Origin: an uncultured Ruminococcus sp.
GTDB lineage: Bacteria; Bacillota; Clostridia; UBA1212
Direction: 5' to 3'
DNA: 64,000 nucleotides
Assembly (NCBI GenBank): GCA_902792515.1
Contig: CADAZX010000012.1
Span: 6,165 to 70,164 of the forward strand
The notes below the pieces were generated by a model. The model did no database searches, had not been told where the DNA came from, and saw only the letters and a program-made list of their open reading frames with translations. Position numbers and translations under genes: made by a program. Below are positions 8,814-15,953 of this stretch, in pieces (position 1 is the stretch's first letter; every line of letters starts with the position of its first letter).

Positions 8814-8881
8814 TCGCGTATGTCTCGCGCGAAGGCGACTTTTAGCGTCAGCTAAACTGGAGACTGAGCGGAGACATACGC
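8814..8881. repeat. H2-type element copy 3 (different stems, same loops)
   Basis: cgcgtatgtctc | GCGCGAAGGCGAC | ttttagc-gtc-agctaaa | CTGGAGACTGAGCG | gagacatacgcg. Confidence 0.7.
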
Positions 8882-8993
8882 GGCTCTACTGCGAGAGGCA
8901 AGCCCTCTCAAAGCAATTCGCCAGCAATTGTCGAAGACACCTTATTCTCTTTTAGCTCCGGCGAATTGCGTAAAGAGCCGAAAATCGGCGTTT

Positions 8994-10322
8994 TTAATAC
9001 ATCAGGTTCACGTAGCTCGCATGATCCCCCATCGGGTCGATCGACCTGCCGCTCACGACCACGGTCGTGACCGTGTACTTCCCGGCCGCGAAATCCGTCG
9101 CGAACTTCGTGTACGTCGCGAGCTGCGACGGCGTGTTGATGCTGTGATACACAAAGCCCGACACAGTCGTCATGATCTCGTTGATCCTTCCGACGTTTTC
9201 GATCGTGATGACTTTCTTGGAGAAGTCCCTGATGAAGCGCAGCTGGTTGGCCTTTCTGTAGGGGTCGCCGGTCGAGCTGATTCTGCCGTTTTCGTTGTAG
9301 CGGTTTCTGGTGCGCAGGAACGTAACCGTCTCGGCGCCGTTTAAATGGTGGTAGCCCTTTGTGTACTTCAGCTCCGTTTTTCCGGTCGCCGAGTTCATGA
9401 CCCACCTGTCCTCGGAAAAATACACGTCCGCGCCGCCGAAAAGGTCGACAAACTTGGCCATGCCGTCCGGGTCGACGAAAATGTAGTCGTCAATGTGCAT
9501 GTTGGCGTCAGGCATCATCGCGCCGATGATGTGGCAGAGAAAATCGATTCCGGAGTTGCCGAACTTGCCGTCCTTGTACTTGATGAACTTGCCGATCGGA
9601 TAGCAGGCGTTCAGCTTGTATATACCCTTGCTCTTGTTGAGGCCGGTTCTCACAAGGTAGTCCTGCACCGCGCCGGTATACGGCACGTATGCGTCTCTCG
9701 CCAGCGAATAGCAGTCGACCGTTTTGGTGCGCTCGCAGATGCTGACGACTATCATCGTGTCGGTGAGGTCTGATTTGTTGTCGTAGCCTAAAAGTAGGAT
9801 ATTTTTGGCATCGGGCTGAAGTTTGACGTTGCTGCCGGCCGTTTTCGACACGCCCTCAACTATCGGGTCGGGAACGTAAGGAACCGTAGGTCCCGGGGCA
9901 CCTGTCGGCGGAGCCACGTCGGCCGGTTTAGGCGTCGGTGAAGGCGTCGGAGTCGGTGTCGGAGTAGCGTCGGGGTCTTCGGTTTCCGGAGTGGAAGAAG
10001 GATCCTCAGTAGAGGCTTCGGTTGGCGGAGGCGTTTCGGCCGGCTGCTCCGTTACCGTTGCCGGGTCCGGAGTCGGCGTAACCTCCTCGAGGTTTTCAAG
10101 GTCTGAGATGTCGATGACCTTGTCGCCCGGGTTTACCACAACGGTCTCGCCACCATGGTCGTTGTGCGGCTCGTTTTTCAGCGAGTTCCTCATAAACTTC
10201 ACGAGCGGAAGGAGCGTCGATACGTACACGACAACAAAGACAACAATAAAAATGTTGACGAAAATGCGGAGAGCCCTGCTGCCCGTCCCGTTATTCTTTT
10301 TCTTTTTAAAGTCTTTCTTCAT
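8994..10322 (-). CDS. LytR-CpsA-Psr (LCP) family cell-envelope phosphotransferase
   Basis: 442 aa: N-terminal TM helix, Pro/Thr-rich linker, then LCP domain motifs (NILLLGYDNKSDLTDTMIVVS, ..R.AYV..). Confidence 0.8.
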   Translation of the reverse strand: MKKDFKKKKNNGTGSRALRIFVNIFIVVFVVVYVSTLLPLVKFMRNSLKNEPHNDHGGETVVVNPGDKVIDISDLENLEEVTPTPDPATVTEQPAETPPPTEASTEDPSSTPETEDPDATPTPTPTPSPTPKPADVAPPTGAPGPTVPYVPDPIVEGVSKTAGSNVKLQPDAKNILLLGYDNKSDLTDTMIVVSICERTKTVDCYSLARDAYVPYTGAVQDYLVRTGLNKSKGIYKLNACYPIGKFIKYKDGKFGNSGIDFLCHIIGAMMPDANMHIDDYIFVDPDGMAKFVDLFGGADVYFSEDRWVMNSATGKTELKYTKGYHHLNGAETVTFLRTRNRYNENGRISSTGDPYRKANQLRFIRDFSKKVITIENVGRINEIMTTVSGFVYHSINTPSQLATYTKFATDFAAGKYTVTTVVVSGRSIDPMGDHASYVNLMY

Positions 10323-10499
10323 TATCTATTACACCTGCGGCGCGCCGCGTCCGCGCTTCCGTTTTCGCCCGGACAGTAATATTATACTACGTTTTATTGA
10401 AAAAATCTTGATTTTCCGGCGCTATTTTATTTCCCGGTTTTTGAGCGGTTTTCCGCGCCAAGGATTTTTGATACTCGTCAGAGTTTTTCGCAGGGCTGT

Positions 10500-11582
10500 T
10501 TACTCCGCGTCCGGAACGTACCCCGCCGCCTTGTAGTCGGTTTCGTTCATAAAAACGTACGAGACGCCGCCCTGGAAGTAGTTGTCAGTGATCCGTTCCT
10601 TGTCGTACCACGTGACGTCGATGTAAAGCGGTCCCTCGTCAGAGTAGACGCGGTTCCAGGCGTGGCGCTCGTCCGTTCCCGGCGCGAGTCCCGCGATAAA
10701 GTCGCAGCGGATGCCCGCCTTCCCGCAGAGCAGCTGAAACGCCTCCGCATACCCCCTGCAAACGGTCGTCCCGTTCACGAAAACGTTGTACGCGAGGTAC
10801 GGATCCATGACCGACGCCTGCGAGTCCTCGTAAACGCACGCCGCCGAAATCACCAGCGCGAAGTACCAGCACTTGTAATAGTTGCTCATTCCCGAAGGCA
10901 TTTTCGCGATAACCCTGTCGACAGTCTTGTTGAAAACGTCGACCGCGTTTTTGACAGCCGCCCTGTCCTCGGTCGCGTGCGGCAGCCACTCGTTGGGCAT
11001 GTAGTATTTGAGCTTGTAGATCTCCCCGAAAAGCCCCTCCGTATCAACGTCGGAATAAAGGTACAGGTCCTTCCTGCCCGCGTGAATCGCGTCCGTAGCG
11101 TCCACGACGACGGCGAAGAAGTTCGAGATTTCCGGGTAGTCCTTTTCGTTGATCGAAAAGTCGCCGAACGACTCGGCCGCTTCAACAATTTTGTCGTAAA
11201 TCTCACGTGACATCGCGTTTTTGATCGAATCGCGCGGGTTTTTAGCGGGTTCCGGACCGTCGCTTAAGACGTTGAGCTCGTCCGCGTCGACCGTATTGAG
11301 GAGCATGACCGCCTTTTTGATCGCGGGGTCGATGTGGCGCGCGGCTTTTTCTTCGTTCGCGTCGGCGAAAACCTCATTCTCATCGAAAATGACGGTAAAG
11401 CGGTCCGGCTCCGGCGTCGGTTCGGGCGTCGGAGCCTCAGTTTGAGCAGGTGCCGGCGTCGAATTATGGACTATGGTTATGATGCCGCACGAAGCGCACA
11501 CGCACAGAAACACCGCCGCGGCGACAACCGCCGCAACCGCCCTCAAAAACCTTCTGATTCTTTTAGCGTTCCCGTGTTCCAT
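10500..11582 (-). CDS. transglutaminase-like (Cys-His-Asp) lipoprotein
   Basis: Start at MEHGNAKR (ATG 11582) with a GGAAGGGG RBS. Signal/lipobox ..CVCASCG. Catalytic triad context CRGYAEAF, HAWN, DVTW. Confidence 0.7.
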   Translation of the reverse strand: MEHGNAKRIRRFLRAVAAVVAAAVFLCVCASCGIITIVHNSTPAPAQTEAPTPEPTPEPDRFTVIFDENEVFADANEEKAARHIDPAIKKAVMLLNTVDADELNVLSDGPEPAKNPRDSIKNAMSREIYDKIVEAAESFGDFSINEKDYPEISNFFAVVVDATDAIHAGRKDLYLYSDVDTEGLFGEIYKLKYYMPNEWLPHATEDRAAVKNAVDVFNKTVDRVIAKMPSGMSNYYKCWYFALVISAACVYEDSQASVMDPYLAYNVFVNGTTVCRGYAEAFQLLCGKAGIRCDFIAGLAPGTDERHAWNRVYSDEGPLYIDVTWYDKERITDNYFQGGVSYVFMNETDYKAAGYVPDAE

Positions 11583-11639
11583 TTCTGCCCCTTCCAATGA
11601 TTTCCGCATCTGAAACCGCGCGTGCGGCTCAAATTTTAC

Positions 11640-12185
11640 TCAAATTTTACCCAGCACGCGCCTCACCTCGAAGCTGCGCAGCGCCATCTCCTTCATGACC
11701 TGGTCGTCATGCTTAATGTATATCTCGTAAACGACGCCCTCGTCGACGGACCTGGCGTTAAAGCCGTAAGCCTCTTCATCGTCGTCGCCGAAGCAGTACA
11801 AAACCTTCGGGGCGTCTTCCTTCCTGACACCGTCGTTCTTTTTCGCCAGAACGTCGGCGGTTTTTACCTTCCTGAAATTCTCAAGGTCCTTTATGAGGAA
11901 ACTCATGACCTTCTTGCGGCGCGTCTGGTTCCTGATCTCGGAAATCGTAAACTCGCCCATAACTATCGAAAACTCGTACTCCAGATTGTTGTACTTCATA
12001 ATAAGCACCATCCCGTAAAACGCGATTGCGAAAACGAGAATGATCAGCAGAAAGCCGATCAGATGGTAAAAAATGTATATAACCGTCGCGACGGCAAGCG
12101 CCGCGATAGCGATGAGAATGCAGTAAATTACCGCGGTCTTGTTTTTTCTTGCCTTTACAAAGGTTTCGATTACTTCTTCTCTCAT
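11640..12185 (-). CDS. hypothetical membrane protein (two TM helices plus cytoplasmic domain)
   Basis: 181 aa with RBS GGAAG and two hydrophobic helices near the N-terminus. Confidence 0.55.
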   Translation of the reverse strand: MREEVIETFVKARKNKTAVIYCILIAIAALAVATVIYIFYHLIGFLLIILVFAIAFYGMVLIMKYNNLEYEFSIVMGEFTISEIRNQTRRKKVMSFLIKDLENFRKVKTADVLAKKNDGVRKEDAPKVLYCFGDDDEEAYGFNARSVDEGVVYEIYIKHDDQVMKEMALRSFEVRRVLGKI

Positions 12186-12312
12186 ATTATAACTTCCGAT
12201 AAAGGAAAGCGCACCTCCGAAGGGTTGTCGTATCGCCTCCGGGGGTGCGAAAAACCGCCACCATCATCTGGGGCATTCAATTATATTGGTTGCGCTTCGC
12301 ATTTCACCTGTC

Positions 12313-12449
12313 GCCGCACTTTGCATCGCGCCCCTCACTTGACGCCGCACTTTATGTTGCGCCCCTCACTTGACGACGCACTTGATATTGCACCGCTCAC
12401 TTGACCGCTTCGCGGAATCGTTCACGTCGCAATATCAAGCTGCGGCGGC
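12313..12449. repeat. 3x tandem 31-nt units (X-type left arm + CTCACTTGAC) plus one complementary right arm
   Basis: gccgcactttgcatcgcg-cccctcacttgac / gccgcactttatgttgcg-cccctcacttgac / gacgcacttgatattgca-ccgctcacttgac, then cgcttcgcggaatcgttcacgt, then cgcaatatcaagctgcggcggc, which pairs with unit 3. Confidence 0.7.
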
Positions 12450-12506
12450 TCTTCCACAAGGTAGATATTGCTCGCGGAATCGCCGCAGGCCCCGTGACGA
12501 TTCAAA

Positions 12507-12576
12507 CCAGGTGAGTCTCGCGCGAGGGCGACTTTTAGCGGCAGCTAAACCGGAGACCAAGCGGAGACTCACCTGG
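12507..12576. repeat. H2-type element copy 4 (overlaps the stop codon of the substrate-binding protein gene)
   Basis: ccaggtgagtctc | GCGCGAGGGCGAC | ttttagc-ggc-agctaaa | CCGGAGACCAAGCG | gagactcacctgg. Confidence 0.7.
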
Positions 12577-14020
12577 TAATCCAGCCGGCCTGGGCTTTTT
12601 CCTGCAGCGTCTGCAGGCTTTCCAACATCGTTCTCTCGCCGGACAGATAGCCGTCGATCGCGTAGGAGATGTCTATCTCGTTCGCGGACATTACCGGCAT
12701 GAAGCAGCCGAGGGAGCCCGCGAAGTCGGCGGATTCGGCGAAGTTCGAGAACACGGACGAGTTTTTGCCCGGCTTCGGGTATTCACGCCAGAACTTCTGG
12801 GTGTTGGCCGCCCTGTTAGCGGGAACGGCCTGGCCGTCGAGCGCGTAGCTCTTGGCGGCGTCGGTAACGGTCGCGTAGAGAGCGAGGTAAGCGCAGGCGC
12901 GGTAGAAGTCGTCGTTGTAGACGTCGCTCTTGCCGTGGTTCACGACAGCGAAGCCGTACACGTTGGCAGCGATCGCCTGGTAGTAAATACCGTTTTCCGC
13001 GTAGTTCTCGTCGTTCCAGCGCGGGAAGTGGATGTAGTCCCATTCCCACTTTGCGCCTTCGGCCTCAGGGTCTTCGGCGGCGAGGAGCGTCTCGGACCAT
13101 GTCGCGATGTCCTCGTGGTCAGCGATGATGAACGCGTATTTGGAGATGTCCTCGGGAGCGATATCCTTGGAGTCGATGCAGTCGACAAGTCCGCGCTCGG
13201 GGTTCACGATCTCGGCGAGGTCCTCAAGGCCGCTGACGACGTCGGGGTGCGTCAGGTTGAGTTCCTTGACCGTTTCCGAGTTGCCCACGTAGTCGTACAC
13301 GTCCTGGCCGTAGCTTCTCGCAAACGCGCCCCAGATCGCGTAGTCCTTGTAGTTCATCGCGATGGGAGTTTCGACGCCCTTCCCTTTCAGCGCCTCGGCG
13401 ATCTCAACCAGGTCGTCCCACGTCCAGTCGTCGTGCGGGAACGTGTAGCCCGCGGAGGAGATCAGCGAGTAGTTGAGCAGTACGAACTTGTGGTTGTACT
13501 CCATCGCCACCATGTACATGTCGCCGTTGTAGAAGCAAGCGTTGTACGCGGCGGGAAGAAGGTCGGCCGACGGATTGATTTTATTGTACGTGTCGAAGTT
13601 GAGCACTTCGCCGATGTACGGCCCGAGGTCGACAAGTTTGCCCTGCTGCGCGTAAAGTTCCATGCGCGGGGCGTCGAGGAGGATGACGTCGCCGGCGTTT
13701 TCGAGGTCGTCGCCGCTCATGAGGTCGTCGAGAACCTCAAAGTAAAGCGAAGTGGAGACCTTGTCGAGGTCGATGTCGATCTCAACGCCCGGGTAGTCGG
13801 AGTAGAAGACTGACTTGAACTTTTCGAGGTTCTGCGAGTTCTCGGAGTAGAGGTAGCCGGAGAGCTTGATCTCGGAAACGAGGTTCTCCGGAGTCGGTCT
13901 CGGAGTCGGCTTTATCTTATCGTCGTCGTCATCTTTTTTGGGCGTGCAGCCGGCCATTATCGCGAGCGCGAGAATGACGCAGATCGCAGCCGCAAGGAAA
14001 GCTTTTATTTTTCTGTTCAT
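12569..14020 (-). CDS. ABC transporter substrate-binding lipoprotein (extracellular solute-binding family 1, sugar type)
   Basis: Start at MNRKIKAFLAAAICVILALAIMAGC (ATG 14020..14018) with a GGAGGAGG RBS; the ORF-track N-terminal extension to 14299 is not supported. Lipobox, poly-Asp linker, SBP fold. Confidence 0.8.
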   Translation of the reverse strand: MNRKIKAFLAAAICVILALAIMAGCTPKKDDDDDKIKPTPRPTPENLVSEIKLSGYLYSENSQNLEKFKSVFYSDYPGVEIDIDLDKVSTSLYFEVLDDLMSGDDLENAGDVILLDAPRMELYAQQGKLVDLGPYIGEVLNFDTYNKINPSADLLPAAYNACFYNGDMYMVAMEYNHKFVLLNYSLISSAGYTFPHDDWTWDDLVEIAEALKGKGVETPIAMNYKDYAIWGAFARSYGQDVYDYVGNSETVKELNLTHPDVVSGLEDLAEIVNPERGLVDCIDSKDIAPEDISKYAFIIADHEDIATWSETLLAAEDPEAEGAKWEWDYIHFPRWNDENYAENGIYYQAIAANVYGFAVVNHGKSDVYNDDFYRACAYLALYATVTDAAKSYALDGQAVPANRAANTQKFWREYPKPGKNSSVFSNFAESADFAGSLGCFMPVMSANEIDISYAIDGYLSGERTMLESLQTLQEKAQAGWITR

Positions 14021-14034
14021 AAGTGCCTCCTCCT

Positions 14035-15048
14035 TTATTCGATAACGCCTATACGTTCGATACCGGCGGCAAGCTGTTTCTGACCGAGAATGTAGACGAT
14101 CATAACGGGGAGCATAACCATAAGGCAGCCCGCGAAGAGCATCGGCTCGGAGAGCGACTTTTCGAGCTCGGACATTGCGCCCTGGCTGGTCGCGTACTTG
14201 CTGTAGTACATCTGAATGTTCTGGAGTCTCGGCTGGAGCGTCTGGTGGCCGTCGATGTACATGTACGTTGGAGCCTCGTAGTTGTCGTTCCAGTGCCATA
14301 CGAACGAGAATATGAATACGATCGCGATAGCGGACTTTACGAGCGGGAGCATGATCTGTCCGAAGACCCTGATCGGGCCCGCACCGTCGATTCTGGCCGC
14401 GTCGTCCATAACGTCAGGAATTCTCTGGAAGAAGTACATGTAGATCAGCACGAAAAGCGCGCCGCGGAGGCCGAGTCCGAAAACGCACGGAAGCACGACC
14501 GGTCCCCAGGTGTTTACGAGACTGAGCGTCGCCCACAGACCGTAGGACGCGAGAATCATAACCTGCGGGGGGATGAGCAGTACAAGTACGACGAGGAAGA
14601 AAATAACGTTTCTGACCTTGAACTTGTAGCGGCCCAGCGAGTACCCTATCAGAGCGCACGCGGTCGTCTGGAACAGAGCCGAGAGGAGCGACGTTCCCAT
14701 CGAGTTGAAGAACGACTTGACGTAGTCGAGCGCCTCGAAAGCCTTCACGAAGTTGTCCCAGTTGACGGTGGTCGGGATGTACTGGACCGTCGGGTCCATG
14801 TAGTCCTGCGACGTCATGAGAGACGTGGAGAAAATGTAGATGAAAGGCAGAATGAAAAGGTACGCCATCTCGATGAGTACGAAGTACACAAAGATTCTGG
14901 AGATGATGAACGTGATCTTCTTCTTTGCCTTGTAGCCGAGATTCTCATATTTTTTGATGAATCCCTTGATGCCGCCGAGCTTCTTTTCGGTCTGCACGGC
15001 CGCGGCATCCGCTTGGGCAGCGGCGGTGTTAACAGCTTCCGGTGTCAC
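14035..15048 (-). CDS. carbohydrate ABC transporter permease (MalG-like)
   Basis: Six TM helices. Start chosen at the GTG (15048..15046), which sits 8 nt after GGAGG and overlaps the upstream stop as GTGA. The ORF track gives 15057, where the RBS abuts the start. Confidence 0.75.
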   Translation of the reverse strand: MTPEAVNTAAAQADAAAVQTEKKLGGIKGFIKKYENLGYKAKKKITFIISRIFVYFVLIEMAYLFILPFIYIFSTSLMTSQDYMDPTVQYIPTTVNWDNFVKAFEALDYVKSFFNSMGTSLLSALFQTTACALIGYSLGRYKFKVRNVIFFLVVLVLLIPPQVMILASYGLWATLSLVNTWGPVVLPCVFGLGLRGALFVLIYMYFFQRIPDVMDDAARIDGAGPIRVFGQIMLPLVKSAIAIVFIFSFVWHWNDNYEAPTYMYIDGHQTLQPRLQNIQMYYSKYATSQGAMSELEKSLSEPMLFAGCLMVMLPVMIVYILGQKQLAAGIERIGVIE

Positions 15049-15953
15049 TTCAGCCACCTCCTCGTAAGCAGGATGAAGATCATGATGACCGTGAGTGTTG
15101 CGAGCATGTAGAGCCAGCTGAGAGCCGACGCCTGTCCGTATTTCGTACCCTCCTGGGTCATACTGTTCATGATCGCCATAACGGGGTTGTCGGACGACAC
15201 GAACGAGTCAACGAGAGCGTATACGCAGTTCAGAATGACGAACGGCGAGATGTACGGCAGGGTAACGTGCCAGAACGTCTCCCACGCGGAGGCGCCGTCG
15301 ATTTCGACGACCTCGTAAAGCGTAGCGGGAACGCTCTGGAGAGCCGCGAGGAAGATCAGTATCTCAACGCTCGAGGCCCACATTATCGCGCCTATGTTGC
15401 TCATGATCGTCCCGAAGAACGAGTTGATCTGCTGAACACCCGTTGTGATCGAACTGAAAAGGCTCATGTTTCCGACGCCGTCCCTGAAAAGGTACGTCAT
15501 GATCGTTCCGGCGAGAATGACCGGGATGAAGAATATGACGCGGAAGACCGTTCTGCCCGGGAAGTCCTGCTTGAGCAGCACCGCCACGAAGAGCGAGAAA
15601 GCGACGATTACCGGCACCTTAATGAGCGAGTTTCCGAACGATTTGAAAACCGTTTCGCCGACGTTCGGGTCCTGGATAACCTTTACGTAGTTGTTGAAGC
15701 CGACGTACGTACTCGTGCCGTGGAATCCGTAAAGGTCGGTCAGAACCGTCTGGAAGAAACTGATTCTGACGGACAGTACGAGCGGAACCACGATGAATCC
15801 GAGGAATCCGATCAGCCACGGTACGGCAAATAGGAAACCTTCAAGCGATCTCTTCTTCTCAAACGACAGCAGAGTGTACTTTTGAGAATGAGCAAGCTTT
15901 TTCTTGTATTTTACCTGTTTTTTCAAAACAACCGGCCCCCTTTCGTTATCCAA
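15045..15953 (-). CDS. carbohydrate ABC transporter permease (MalF-like)
   Basis: 302 aa, six TM helices, EAA-type loop region. Confidence 0.8.
   Translation of the reverse strand: MDNERGPVVLKKQVKYKKKLAHSQKYTLLSFEKKRSLEGFLFAVPWLIGFLGFIVVPLVLSVRISFFQTVLTDLYGFHGTSTYVGFNNYVKVIQDPNVGETVFKSFGNSLIKVPVIVAFSLFVAVLLKQDFPGRTVFRVIFFIPVILAGTIMTYLFRDGVGNMSLFSSITTGVQQINSFFGTIMSNIGAIMWASSVEILIFLAALQSVPATLYEVVEIDGASAWETFWHVTLPYISPFVILNCVYALVDSFVSSDNPVMAIMNSMTQEGTKYGQASALSWLYMLATLTVIMIFILLTRRWLK

Noticed and set aside
8142-12449. CRISPR array interpretation of the CTCACTTGAC-containing repeats
   Set aside because: The repeat units are only 13-16 nt and the spacers ~18 nt and mutually similar (they share CGCACTT). 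The spacers are complementary to downstream arms, and no cas genes are present. The structure fits palindromic REP/MITE-like or RNA elements better.
14021-14299. N-terminal 93-aa extension of the substrate-binding protein ORF
   Set aside because: The extension has no signal peptide and overlaps the 3' end of the upstream permease gene. The internal ATG at 14020 has a strong GGAGGAGG RBS and begins a canonical lipoprotein signal peptide.
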